From assembly GCA_964649705.1 (NCBI GenBank), contig CAZYRM010000006.1:6306-70305 (forward strand): a stretch of 64,000 nucleotides of DNA. The letters are read 5' to 3'. Shown piece by piece: positions 15,950 through 25,074 of this stretch. How positions within the stretch are numbered: the first letter of the stretch is position 1; each line of letters starts with the position of its first letter. The translations under genes and the position numbers were made by a program. The notes under the pieces are model-generated. The model did not search any database. It was not told the origin of the DNA and worked only from the letters and a program-made list of their open reading frames with translations. The DNA comes from an uncultured Planctomycetia bacterium. Lineage in GTDB: Bacteria > Planctomycetota > MHYJ01 > WSZJ01 > CAZYRM01.

Positions 15950-18733
15950 TCACTTCGCCTGGCCGAGCATGATGCAGCCCCAGGGGCCTGAGCCGCCCGC
16001 GCCCGCGTGCGTCCACTTCGCGTCCAGCATCGCCGCGTGCCTCGCCGCGTCCGCCAGCCACTCCTTGAAGATGTCGCCCGGCTTCTTCTCCTTCGAGGAG
16101 AGGAGCGCCACCTCGCCGAAGCCGTCCACTGCGGGCTTGTCCTCGGCCTTGCCGTTCTTCGCCAGCGCCGCCGCCTGCGTCGAGGCGGCCTTTCCCAGCG
16201 CCTCGTCGATCCGCAGCACGGGGCGGCCCATCAGCTCGCGATAGGCGTTCACGTCGGCCAGGATCTGCGGCACCCGCGCCTTCTTGTTCGCCGCCTCCGC
16301 CTCCGCCGACCGCCGCATCTGGTCCCGCTCGTCCTGGCACGTCGCAAATGTCTGCAGCGCCACCGCCTCCAGGTCCGCATTCGACCCCGCCAGCTTCAAC
16401 TGCGTCCGCCACGGGTCTACGCCGACGAAGAGCCCCTGCACCTCGTCCAGCTCCTTCGCAGCCTGCCGGACCTCCGCGGAGACCTTCACCTCCTTGCCCC
16501 TCGCCCCCCAGAGCTTCGCCACCGCCTTCTGCTTCTCAGGGGTCGGCGCCGCCTGCGCCTCCGCGCGCGCCGCGTCGAGCGCCTTCCGCGCCTCGGCGAG
16601 CGGCGCGAGGGACTTCTCCCACTCCGCCAGCTTCGCAAGGAGCGCCTGCCGCCGCTCGTCGAGCGCCTCCGACATCGCCGCTTTCACCTCTCGCGCGAGC
16701 CACGACGGCTTCGCCGGCAGACCCTTCGCGAAGGCGTCGACCTCAGATGGCTTGAGCCCCGAGGCCTTCTGTAGCAGCTCGACGAGCCGCCCGCCGTTCA
16801 CGCCGTAGCGCACGACGAGATCGGCCGGAGGGAGGAATCGGAGCATCGCGTGCGCCTCCGCGAAGGCCGACTTCGCCTCGGGCGCGGCATCCTTCCCCAG
16901 GCGGAACACCTCGATCGGCGTCAGGTCCTCCCAGCCGTCCGGGACCGTCCACGCGGGCTTCGCGCCCGGCGCGTCGTACCCGCCCGCGAAGTCCGACTGC
17001 TTCCACGCCGTCCCGTTCTTCTTTCCGTTCGCGTACCGGTCCATCCCGCCGAGGTCCAGGAAGATGCCGAAGTGTCGCTTCTCGCTGTCGGTCACCTGGC
17101 CGTCGCTGTTGTAGTCCTCGACCGTGTAGAACCGGCCGGACCCCGTGTTCCCGTCGGCCACACGGTAGTCGTCGTCGCCTCCCCGGTCCTGGAACAGGGC
17201 GATCCCCAGCCCCGTGGTCCACCCCAGCCCGCTCGCCGTCTTGATGTAGGTGTCGTTCCCAGCGTCGTCGAGGAAGAACCCCATTCCGTAGTCGACGCTC
17301 ATCCCCAGGCAATTCCAGCCGCCGATGTCGTAGACATCGTCCCCCGCGCGGTCGATGAAGCACCCGAACCCGCCGTGCGCCCCCGATCCCGTCGTGTACA
17401 CCCACGAGCGGTGCCGGTCGTCCCCCTCGTAGTCGACCAGCGCGCCGATTCCGAGGTAGTACCCGACGCCCATTGCCCAGCACCCCGACTCGTAGACGTC
17501 GTCCCCCTTCGCGTCGATCAGCATTCCGAGGCCGCCTCCTCGCCGACCCGGGTGATCGGGCGTGTTGTAGTCGTTGTCGCCCCATCCGCCCCCCATCCCC
17601 GAGCTCGCGTTGTGCTTCTCGTCCTGCGGCGCCTTGTTCGTGAGCGGGTCGCCGAAGTCCGGGTCGTTGAGGTGGTACTTGTCGTCCCCAGCGAGGTCCA
17701 GGAGCAGGGCGAACGCCGAGCAGTAGCCGAACCCCATGCACGCGCTGTCGCCGCGGTAGGAGTCGTTCCCAGCGCGGTCCACCAGCGCGCCGATCCCGAC
17801 GAGCGCGTACCCCTGCGCGCTCTCGTCGGCGACGTAGGTGTCGTCGCCCGCCTCGTCGATGAGCATCCCGACGCCCGCCGTGGCCGCGCCCTGGCACTCC
17901 TTCTTCCCCTCGTAGCGGTCGTTCCCGGCCAGGTCCCAGAGCACGGCGATGCCGTACTGCGCGCTCCCCTGGCCCTCGCCCCTGTAGGTGTCGTTCCCCC
18001 CGACGTCGACGAACACGCGGACGCAGTTCTGCGCCGTCGCGGTCGGCAGTTCGTGGACGTCGTCGCCTCCCAGGTCGACGACGAGCGGGACGCCCGTGTC
18101 CTTCGGCGTGCCGCTCGTCACGACGAGGAGGCCCTCGATGGAGAAGTCGACGTCGCCCTGGAAGGCGAGGAGCGCCGGCTTGGCCACCTCGACGGCACGG
18201 AGCACGATGCGGGAGGCGTTCCACAGGCGCGCCGTCATCTCGTCGTCGCTCGATCGCGAGTAGTCGCCCGCGCTGTTCCCCTGCGGGCGGCCCTTCGTGA
18301 ACGCGGCGGCGCGCTCCTTCTCGGCGGCCTCCACGGCCGCGACGAGGAGGCCGATTGGCGCGCGGAGCGGCTCCGGCAGGCCCGAGAGGTCGGCCGCGGA
18401 GGGAGGCGGCGCGGGCGGGTCGCCGGCGGGGCGGTCGAAAGCCGCGGCGAGAATCGGGATCAGGTCGTCGGGCGCCTTCGCCGCGATGCAGGGGTCCGAG
18501 ATCGCGAGCACGCGGTCGGGGAGCGAGAGCGGGTCCTTCTGCGACTCGCGATAGGCCTGCAGGTGGCCGAGCTCGTGATCGGTCCGAGCACCGTACGCCT
18601 GGTTCTTGTTGGGCATCGTGTTGAGGTGCTCGAAGTCGAACTCGACCTTCTTCCCCTCGATTGCCTTCTCCACGGCGCCCCGGTCGACAGCCCCTGCCTG
18701 CGCCAGGAGGACCGACAGGATCAAGCCCAGCAT
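15950..18733 (-). CDS. large secreted protein: signal peptide, HExxH motif, about 20 GxDxY beta-helix-like repeats, coiled-coil region, C-terminal CAP/SCP/PR-1-like domain
   Basis: HELGH near N-term; GNDRY/GDDTY/GNDSY/GDDVY repeats with about 23-aa period; C-term YRELMGRP...GEVALLS...KWTHAGAG...WGCIM resembles CAP motifs. Confidence 0.55.
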   Translation of the reverse strand: MLGLILSVLLAQAGAVDRGAVEKAIEGKKVEFDFEHLNTMPNKNQAYGARTDHELGHLQAYRESQKDPLSLPDRVLAISDPCIAAKAPDDLIPILAAAFDRPAGDPPAPPPSAADLSGLPEPLRAPIGLLVAAVEAAEKERAAAFTKGRPQGNSAGDYSRSSDDEMTARLWNASRIVLRAVEVAKPALLAFQGDVDFSIEGLLVVTSGTPKDTGVPLVVDLGGDDVHELPTATAQNCVRVFVDVGGNDTYRGEGQGSAQYGIAVLWDLAGNDRYEGKKECQGAATAGVGMLIDEAGDDTYVADESAQGYALVGIGALVDRAGNDSYRGDSACMGFGYCSAFALLLDLAGDDKYHLNDPDFGDPLTNKAPQDEKHNASSGMGGGWGDNDYNTPDHPGRRGGGLGMLIDAKGDDVYESGCWAMGVGYYLGIGALVDYEGDDRHRSWVYTTGSGAHGGFGCFIDRAGDDVYDIGGWNCLGMSVDYGMGFFLDDAGNDTYIKTASGLGWTTGLGIALFQDRGGDDDYRVADGNTGSGRFYTVEDYNSDGQVTDSEKRHFGIFLDLGGMDRYANGKKNGTAWKQSDFAGGYDAPGAKPAWTVPDGWEDLTPIEVFRLGKDAAPEAKSAFAEAHAMLRFLPPADLVVRYGVNGGRLVELLQKASGLKPSEVDAFAKGLPAKPSWLAREVKAAMSEALDERRQALLAKLAEWEKSLAPLAEARKALDAARAEAQAAPTPEKQKAVAKLWGARGKEVKVSAEVRQAAKELDEVQGLFVGVDPWRTQLKLAGSNADLEAVALQTFATCQDERDQMRRSAEAEAANKKARVPQILADVNAYRELMGRPVLRIDEALGKAASTQAAALAKNGKAEDKPAVDGFGEVALLSSKEKKPGDIFKEWLADAARHAAMLDAKWTHAGAGGSGPWGCIMLGQAK

Positions 18734-18811
18734 GCTGTTCGCTCCTTGCCGCGGTTGTCCGAGCGGTGGTAGAAGTGATGTCCATATCACCCCGGCGGGA
18801 AGAACACAAAG

Positions 18812-20047
18812 ATGAAGTCGCTCGCCGCCACGCTTCTCTTCCTCACCGGCGCAGCCCTCGCCGAGGACGACCTCGCCGCGCTCGTTCGCGATCTCGGGAG
18901 CGAGAACTACGATACCCGAGACGCCGCGACCGTCAGGCTGACCGAGATCGGCGAGCCCGCCCGCGCGCTCCTCGAGGCGGCCCGCTCCTCGGTGGACGCC
19001 GAGGTCCGGCTCCGCGCCGGGCGGGTCCTTGCGGTCCTGGACGTCCGACGGCGGGTGGATCAGGAGTACGAGGTCGCACGGGAGGCCTTCGACAGCGCGA
19101 CGCGCGAGGACGCCGCACGCCTAGCGTGGCTCGAGGTGCTGCGGCTGGTGGCCCGAGGGGAGGACGACAGGCTCGCGCCGCAGTTCGCCTCGGGCGCCGC
19201 TCCGGCACGGTTCTGGGAGTCGGCTCGGTACTGTCCCCTGGCGGCGATCGTCGACCTCTCGTGGGTCGAGGTCGTCCCCTCGCGCCGCCTGGGGTGGCTT
19301 GGGCTCGACGTCGGTCCGAACGACGTCCTGGTGATGGGGGCGGTCCCGGAGGAGGTCCCCGACCCGGAGTCCGTCCCCGAGACGTACGTCAGGGAGCCGC
19401 GCGCCTTGCTCCTGAGGCCCGTGGGTGAGGATTGGAGGGTCCGCCTCGCGCCACCCAGCGGGCGGCTCGTCCACCCCGCCTACGATGAACTTGCGCGGAC
19501 GGAGTCCCAGAAGCGCGAGTGGGCCGCTGGGGCACTCACCGTGGAGACCCTCGCCTCGGGTCACAATGGCATCATGTCGTACGGCCTCGCACAGGCCCTC
19601 GACGCGGTGGGGGACTTCCAGGGGGCCCTCCGCGCGTTTGCCCGGTGCCAGCCGACGGGGCAGTGGCCGGACTACTGCATCGTGCACCGGTACTTCGACC
19701 TGATGCGGCTCGGTCGGAGAGGCGATGCCGCGCGCGTGCTCCAGGAGGAGCCAGGCGGGGGCTCTTGCGAGTATCTGCTCAACGTCATCCGATGGCTGCG
19801 TGGGGAGATGACGGCCGAGGACCTGCAGAAGTACGCCGAGGGTCAGGGGGCCTACGAGACCGAGTCCTTCTACTACTATCTGGGGTTGGAGCGCCTGATC
19901 GCCGGCGATGTCGATCGCGCGAAGGAGCACCTCACGCGGTGCGCAGAGCAGGGGGGAGGGTGCTACGAGCAGGACTTCGCCGCGGACGCCCTATGGCTCC
20001 TGGAGCGGGGTCAAGAGGAGCAGATACCCTCCGGAGAAGGGCACTGA
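18812..20047 (+). CDS. secreted hypothetical protein (HEAT/PBS-lyase-like N-terminal repeat)
   Basis: signal peptide; LGSENYDTRDAATVRL repeat. Confidence 0.45.
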   Translation: MKSLAATLLFLTGAALAEDDLAALVRDLGSENYDTRDAATVRLTEIGEPARALLEAARSSVDAEVRLRAGRVLAVLDVRRRVDQEYEVAREAFDSATREDAARLAWLEVLRLVARGEDDRLAPQFASGAAPARFWESARYCPLAAIVDLSWVEVVPSRRLGWLGLDVGPNDVLVMGAVPEEVPDPESVPETYVREPRALLLRPVGEDWRVRLAPPSGRLVHPAYDELARTESQKREWAAGALTVETLASGHNGIMSYGLAQALDAVGDFQGALRAFARCQPTGQWPDYCIVHRYFDLMRLGRRGDAARVLQEEPGGGSCEYLLNVIRWLRGEMTAEDLQKYAEGQGAYETESFYYYLGLERLIAGDVDRAKEHLTRCAEQGGGCYEQDFAADALWLLERGQEEQIPSGEGH

Positions 20048-20084
20048 TCCTGGATGCGTTGACCGGGGAGCAGGAGACAACACC

Positions 20085-21134
20085 ATGACACTCAGGAGGG
20101 GTCTCATCGCAGCCGTCCTCCTCAGCGTTTCGTGCCTCGCCGGCGACGGCTGGATCGACACGCACGTCCACATCAAGCCGCCCACGGAGGGCCGCAAGCC
20201 CGGGGAGAACCCCTTCACGGCGTCCGCGCAGGCCCTGATCGACATGATGGACGCAAACGGCGTCGAGACGTCCCTCGTCATGCCTCCCCCCCGCGGGAGC
20301 GAGGAGCAACGTGCACTCCCCGAGGAGCAGATCGCCGCCGTCCTGTCGAAGCACAAGGGACGCCTGCTCTTCGTCGGCGGGGGGACGAGCCTCAACTGCG
20401 CGATTCACGAGACCGACCCCTCGAAGGTCACCAAGGAGGTTCGCGCGGCGTTCGAGCGCGACGCCGAGGGGCTCGTGAAGGCGGGGACGAGGGCCTTCGG
20501 CGAGATGTGCGCCCTGCACTTCGCGCTCGGGCCGGAGCACCCGTTCGAGCAGGTCCCTCCCGATCACCCGCTCTTCCTCCTCCTCGCCGACCTCGCCGCG
20601 AAGCACGACATCCCCATCGACCTGCACATCGAGATCGTCCCCGAGGACATGGACACGCCCGACTTCCTCCTGCGCGCCAGCGACAAGAACCCGAAGCGCC
20701 TGGAGGCCAACCTGGAGCGATTCGAGAAGCTCCTCTCTCACAACCGCAAGGCCCGGGTCGTCTGGCAGCACGTCGGCTGGGACAACACGGGGAGGCAGAC
20801 CCCGGAGCTCGTGCGCGGTCTCCTGGAGCGGAACCCGAACCTCTTCGCGGCGATCCACGGCGTCGGCGAGGCGAAGCTCACGAAGCTCGGGAGGCCCGGC
20901 GAGACGCTTCTGAACGACGAGAAGGGCGCCCTGCAGCCGGGCTGGAAGAAGCTGATCGAGGAGTTCCCCGACCGATTCCTGATCGGCAGCGACCAGTTCT
21001 TCGGCTCGGATGGCTACGCCGAGCGGATGCCCGTCAACTACGATCCGACCTGGGAGGTCCTCAAGCAGCTCCCCGCCGACCTCGCGAAGAAGGTCGGCCG
21101 CGGGAACGCGGCGCGGGTCTACGGCCTGAAGTAG
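20085..21134 (+). CDS. amidohydrolase-family (TIM-barrel metal-dependent hydrolase) protein, secreted
   Basis: signal peptide then DTHVHI metal-binding start, HIEIVPED, amidohydrolase-2 like. Confidence 0.6.
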   Translation: MTLRRGLIAAVLLSVSCLAGDGWIDTHVHIKPPTEGRKPGENPFTASAQALIDMMDANGVETSLVMPPPRGSEEQRALPEEQIAAVLSKHKGRLLFVGGGTSLNCAIHETDPSKVTKEVRAAFERDAEGLVKAGTRAFGEMCALHFALGPEHPFEQVPPDHPLFLLLADLAAKHDIPIDLHIEIVPEDMDTPDFLLRASDKNPKRLEANLERFEKLLSHNRKARVVWQHVGWDNTGRQTPELVRGLLERNPNLFAAIHGVGEAKLTKLGRPGETLLNDEKGALQPGWKKLIEEFPDRFLIGSDQFFGSDGYAERMPVNYDPTWEVLKQLPADLAKKVGRGNAARVYGLK

Positions 21135-21185
21135 CCCTCGCTTCCTTCTTGCTTTCACCCGCCGGCGGGCATACTGTTTCTCCCC

Positions 21186-22808
21186 ATGTCGAAGAAGGAC
21201 AAGACGAAGCTCGATCACCCGGAAGCGGGGATGGACGACCCGACCCCTCCCTTCGGCCTCAAGATCCTCGTGTTCACGGGGGGCGCCGTGCTCATGGGGC
21301 TCGAAATCGTCGGGAGCCGTGTGCTCGCCCCCCACTTCGGGAACTCGGTGTTCGTGTGGGGGAGCCTGATCAGCGTCTTCCTGATCGCCCTCTCGGCCGG
21401 GTACTACGTCGGAGGGCGCGTCGCGGACCGGAGGCCCTCCTTCGCGCTCCTCAACACGCTGTGCCTCGTGGCCGGGCTCCTCATCCTGCTCGTCCCCTAC
21501 GTGGGCCGAGGCCTCTGCGAGTCGCTCTACAAGGCGGGGTGGGGCGAGAAGGCGGGGCCGCTGCTCGCCACGGCGCTGCTGTTCCTCCCCGCGAGCGTCC
21601 TCATGGGGATGCTCTCGCCGTTCTCCGTGCGCCTCGCGGCGAGCGCATTGCACACGGTCGGATCGGCCGCGGGGACGCTGTACGCGCTGTCCACGGTCGG
21701 GAGCATCGCCGGGACGCTCGTGACGACGTTCGTCCTCATCCCGCAGTTCGGGGTGACGGGGATTCTGCGCGGCCTCGGCGCGGTCATGATCGCCGTCCCG
21801 TTCGTCATGCTCCTTTCCCGGCCGAAGCGGGCCGTCGCGATTGCGCCGATGTTCTTCCTGGGCGTCCTCGGGGCCGTGGCGCCCGCCCCCGCCTCGGTCA
21901 CGCTCAACCCGGGCGAGGAGATCGTCGTCGACGAGGACACCCCGTACCATCACATCCTCGTCATCGACTCGCAGCGCGGCAAGGCGCGCGTCGACGAAGA
22001 CGTCCCCGGCGCGTACCGGTACCTCCGGTTCGATCGGTACATCGAGAGCCTCATCGAGCTGGGAAAGCCGTACCGGAGCCGCGCGCAGTACACCGACTAC
22101 TTCCACCTCGCCTTCCTCGCGAAGCCGAAGATCTCTCGGGCCGTGTTCATCGGCGCCGGAGGCGGGATCGGGCCGCGCACGTTCGCCGAGGTCGATCCGG
22201 AGATGAGGATCGATGTCGTCGACATCGACCCGCGGATCCTCGAGGTCGCCCACGACCTCTTCAAGATGCCCGTGAACGAACGGGTCCGCACGCACGCCAT
22301 CGATGGGCGCATGTTCATGCGCAACGCCGCGGAGAAGTACGACTGCGTCGTGCTGGACGCCTTCACGATCGGCGGGCGGATCCCCTTCCATCTGACGACC
22401 CGCGAGTTCTTCGAGCTGTGCGCCTCGCGCATGACGGACGACGGCGTGTTCGTCATGAACGTGAACAGCGCGATGGAGGGGGAGTTCGGCGGGATCTTCC
22501 TCCACGTCGCGAAGACGCTCACCGAGGTCTTCCCGCGCGTGGACGTGTTCGCGAAGGAGCTGAGCAGCGAGAAGCCGCCCGACCGCGGGGACCATCGCAA
22601 CCAGATCGTCATCGCGAGGAAGGGCGGGGCGGAGATGAAGCGCGAGGAGTGGGAAAAGCGCATCTGGGACTACCGGGAGGGCAGCTACGTGACGAAGGCG
22701 ATGCTCTACCCGATGGTCAAGGACCTCGATCAGGAGTGGCGGGACGACATCGGTCCCTTCCCGACGCTCACCGACGACTTCGCCCCGATCGAGACGCTGA
22801 AGTTCTGA
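21186..22808 (+). CDS. fused polytopic membrane domain + spermidine synthase-like (polyamine aminopropyltransferase family) protein
   Basis: N-terminal MFS-like TM helices; C-terminal VFIGAGGG...VDIDP...VVLDAF spermine/spermidine synthase motifs. Confidence 0.65.
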   Translation: MSKKDKTKLDHPEAGMDDPTPPFGLKILVFTGGAVLMGLEIVGSRVLAPHFGNSVFVWGSLISVFLIALSAGYYVGGRVADRRPSFALLNTLCLVAGLLILLVPYVGRGLCESLYKAGWGEKAGPLLATALLFLPASVLMGMLSPFSVRLAASALHTVGSAAGTLYALSTVGSIAGTLVTTFVLIPQFGVTGILRGLGAVMIAVPFVMLLSRPKRAVAIAPMFFLGVLGAVAPAPASVTLNPGEEIVVDEDTPYHHILVIDSQRGKARVDEDVPGAYRYLRFDRYIESLIELGKPYRSRAQYTDYFHLAFLAKPKISRAVFIGAGGGIGPRTFAEVDPEMRIDVVDIDPRILEVAHDLFKMPVNERVRTHAIDGRMFMRNAAEKYDCVVLDAFTIGGRIPFHLTTREFFELCASRMTDDGVFVMNVNSAMEGEFGGIFLHVAKTLTEVFPRVDVFAKELSSEKPPDRGDHRNQIVIARKGGAEMKREEWEKRIWDYREGSYVTKAMLYPMVKDLDQEWRDDIGPFPTLTDDFAPIETLKF

Positions 22809-23779
22809 TGCGCGTCCGCCTGGCGCTCCTGTGCCTCGCCGCGGCGCTCGCGGTCCCCTCCGCGTGCAAGAAGCCCCCCGCCCCGCCCCCCCCGGCGACG
22901 CGCGAGCAGGCCTTCGACGAGGGCCGCTCGTGGAAGGACCTCCAGGCGCTCTGCGCGATGGGCCCGCGCTGCCACGGCAGCGAGGGGCACAAGAAGGCAC
23001 AGGCGTACCTCCGGGACACGCTCAAGGCGTGCGGCGCCGAGGTGAGAGACCTGCCCTTCGAGTACCGCGGCCGTGAGGACGGGACGCCGCGCCCCTTCAC
23101 GAACATCGCCGGGAGGTTCAAAGGGAAGCAGGACGAGCAAGCTGGCCTTGCCAGGAAGTGGGTCCTCTTGGGTACCCACTACGACACCAGGCTGTGGGGC
23201 GACGTGGACCACGACGAGGCCGCGCGCGGGAAGCCGATCGAGGGTGCAAACGACGGCGGGTCGGGGACCGCGGTGCTTCTCGAGGTCGTCCGCGTGCTCC
23301 AGGCGCACCCGCCCGACGTCGGAGTCGAGATCGTCTTCTTCGACGGGGAGGACTACGGCCGCCCCAGCAGCCCCGACTACTTCCTCGGGTCGAAGGACAT
23401 GGCGAGGAACTGGGACAAGCTCTACCCGGGGCCCAGGCCCGCGTGCGCGGTCATCCTCGACATGGTGGGGGACGCCGACTTTCGGCTATGGCGCGACGGG
23501 GTCTGCGAGCGGGCGCATCCGTGGCTCAACGAGCTTCTCTGGAAGGCAGGCTCCGAGCTCGGATCGCCGGCCTTCGTCGGATCGCCGCTCAAGGGGGTGA
23601 CCGACGACCAGACGGCGCTGATGGAAATCGGGATTCCGGCGACGCTGCTGATCGACTTCGACTATCCGCCCTGGCACACGTCGCGCGACACGATCGACCG
23701 GTGCTCCGCGAAGAGCCTGGGGATCACGGGACGGGCGCTCCTCCGGGCCCTGATCGATCGCCCCTTCGAGACGAAGTAG
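22808..23779 (+). CDS. M28 family peptidase (lipoprotein), with element copy inserted mid-protein
   Basis: lipobox LAVPSAC; HYDT...DDGSG...FFDGEDYG (Zn ligands of M28); start overlaps upstream stop (TGATG). Confidence 0.7.
   Translation: MRVRLALLCLAAALAVPSACKKPPAPPPPATREQAFDEGRSWKDLQALCAMGPRCHGSEGHKKAQAYLRDTLKACGAEVRDLPFEYRGREDGTPRPFTNIAGRFKGKQDEQAGLARKWVLLGTHYDTRLWGDVDHDEAARGKPIEGANDGGSGTAVLLEVVRVLQAHPPDVGVEIVFFDGEDYGRPSSPDYFLGSKDMARNWDKLYPGPRPACAVILDMVGDADFRLWRDGVCERAHPWLNELLWKAGSELGSPAFVGSPLKGVTDDQTALMEIGIPATLLIDFDYPPWHTSRDTIDRCSAKSLGITGRALLRALIDRPFETK
23132..23155 (+). repeat. copy 3 of 24-nt element (GACGAGCAAGCTGGCCTTGCCAGG), encodes DEQAGLAR inside M28 peptidase
   Basis: 23/24 match to consensus. 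Confidence 0.7.
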
Positions 23780-23782
23780 GGC

Positions 23783-24187
23783 TCACTTCGGCCTGGCCTT
23801 CTTCTCGATGGAAGCCTCCTGGGCGTCGAAGGTCTGCTCGCAGCCGCCCGTGCCGCGGGGGACCTTGCGCTCGATGTCCACGCCCACGACCGGCGACGCC
23901 GTGTAGACCATGATCGCCAGGTCCCCGATCTTCTTCATCTCCGTCGCGGGGTCCGCGACCGTCGGGTTCTCGCCCACGACGTAGCTGATCGAGAGCCGCG
24001 TCGCCTCCTTCGGACCCGTCTCCTTGATCGTGATCGCCCCGCAGCGGTACGAGTGGCGGATCTTCGACGCCAGCTCGATGTACGGCTTGAGCGCCGGTTC
24101 CTCCCCCGTGTCCATCATCCAGACGATGGGAGTCAGGACGAGGAGGGCGAGGAAGATCCAGAAGAACGCCCAGGTCGACCGCCGCAC
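23783..24187 (-). CDS. hypothetical membrane-anchored protein
   Basis: N-terminal TM helix WAFFWIFLALLVLTPIVWMM. Confidence 0.4.
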   Translation of the reverse strand: MRRSTWAFFWIFLALLVLTPIVWMMDTGEEPALKPYIELASKIRHSYRCGAITIKETGPKEATRLSISYVVGENPTVADPATEMKKIGDLAIMVYTASPVVGVDIERKVPRGTGGCEQTFDAQEASIEKKARPK

Positions 24188-24188
24188 G

Positions 24189-25073
24189 CTACCCCTTGAG
24201 CTGCATCGTGAGCTTGAGCAGGATGTCCCGCTGCATCTCCAGGTCGTAGCCGATCGACTCCCAGGTCGCCTTTCCGCCCCCCTTGGGGTGGACGGGCTCA
24301 GCGGTCATCTCCTGCCTCACCATCAGCTTCACGATCACATCGTACCGCGTCGGCTCCACCCGGACGATCACCTTCCGCCGTACCCAGTGGCCGTTCACGC
24401 CCTGCCGCTCCATCCACGGCGTCTCCATCTGACCCGACTTCCGGTCCTCCCCCTGGATCCCGTACTGCGCCAGCGCCCCCTTGACCGCGCTCCACACCGT
24501 CGGCGGGTCGGCGTGGAAAGGGCAGCTCTCCTCCCAGCGGTCCGTCTCCAGCGGCTCGGTCATCTCGATCTTGGCTTGCGAGGGCTTCTCGTTGCGCCGG
24601 CGGAAGTCCTCCGCCGCCTCCTTCGCATCGTCCCCCAGCTTGTGGCGCAGCTTGAAGATGAGCTTGATCTCCGCATCCGTGGCGCGCTCCAGCTCCTGCC
24701 ACTTCGCCTCCTTGACGTTCATCGGGTCCTCGATGTTCTTGTTGATCTCCTTGATCGCCGTGAGGTGGACGATCGAGCCCGTCCCCTTCTTCTCCAGCCG
24801 CATGCGCGCGAGGACCCGCGTCCCCTCGCGGTCGAACGACGAGGGCGAGATCACCTCCCCCTCGATGATTCCGGACTTCCGGTCGGCCTTCGTCACCTTG
24901 TAGTCTTCCTCCTCGAAGACCTTAGCGCAGGTCTCGAACATCACGTTCGGCGTCGCGGTGAAGACCGGGCTGTCCACCGGCTCCTTGTCCACGCTCCCTT
25001 CGCCCAGGTCCCTGAGGCTCGTGATGCAGCCCGCCAGGAGGACCAGCGCCGCCGCGAACCATGCCCTGTTCAT
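24189..25073 (-). CDS. hypothetical lipoprotein
   Basis: lipobox LLAGC. Confidence 0.45.
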   Translation of the reverse strand: MNRAWFAAALVLLAGCITSLRDLGEGSVDKEPVDSPVFTATPNVMFETCAKVFEEEDYKVTKADRKSGIIEGEVISPSSFDREGTRVLARMRLEKKGTGSIVHLTAIKEINKNIEDPMNVKEAKWQELERATDAEIKLIFKLRHKLGDDAKEAAEDFRRRNEKPSQAKIEMTEPLETDRWEESCPFHADPPTVWSAVKGALAQYGIQGEDRKSGQMETPWMERQGVNGHWVRRKVIVRVEPTRYDVIVKLMVRQEMTAEPVHPKGGGKATWESIGYDLEMQRDILLKLTMQLKG

Positions 25074-25074
25074 C

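Noticed and set aside
17988-18263. Small plus-strand ORFs inside the large minus-strand secreted-protein gene
   Set aside because: Antisense to a strongly repeat-structured coding sequence; Ser/Thr/Arg-rich low complexity.
18733-18812. Short dyad GTGAT-gtccat-ATCAC between the divergent secreted-protein genes
   Set aside because: Only 5-bp arms; too weak to call as an operator without conservation data.
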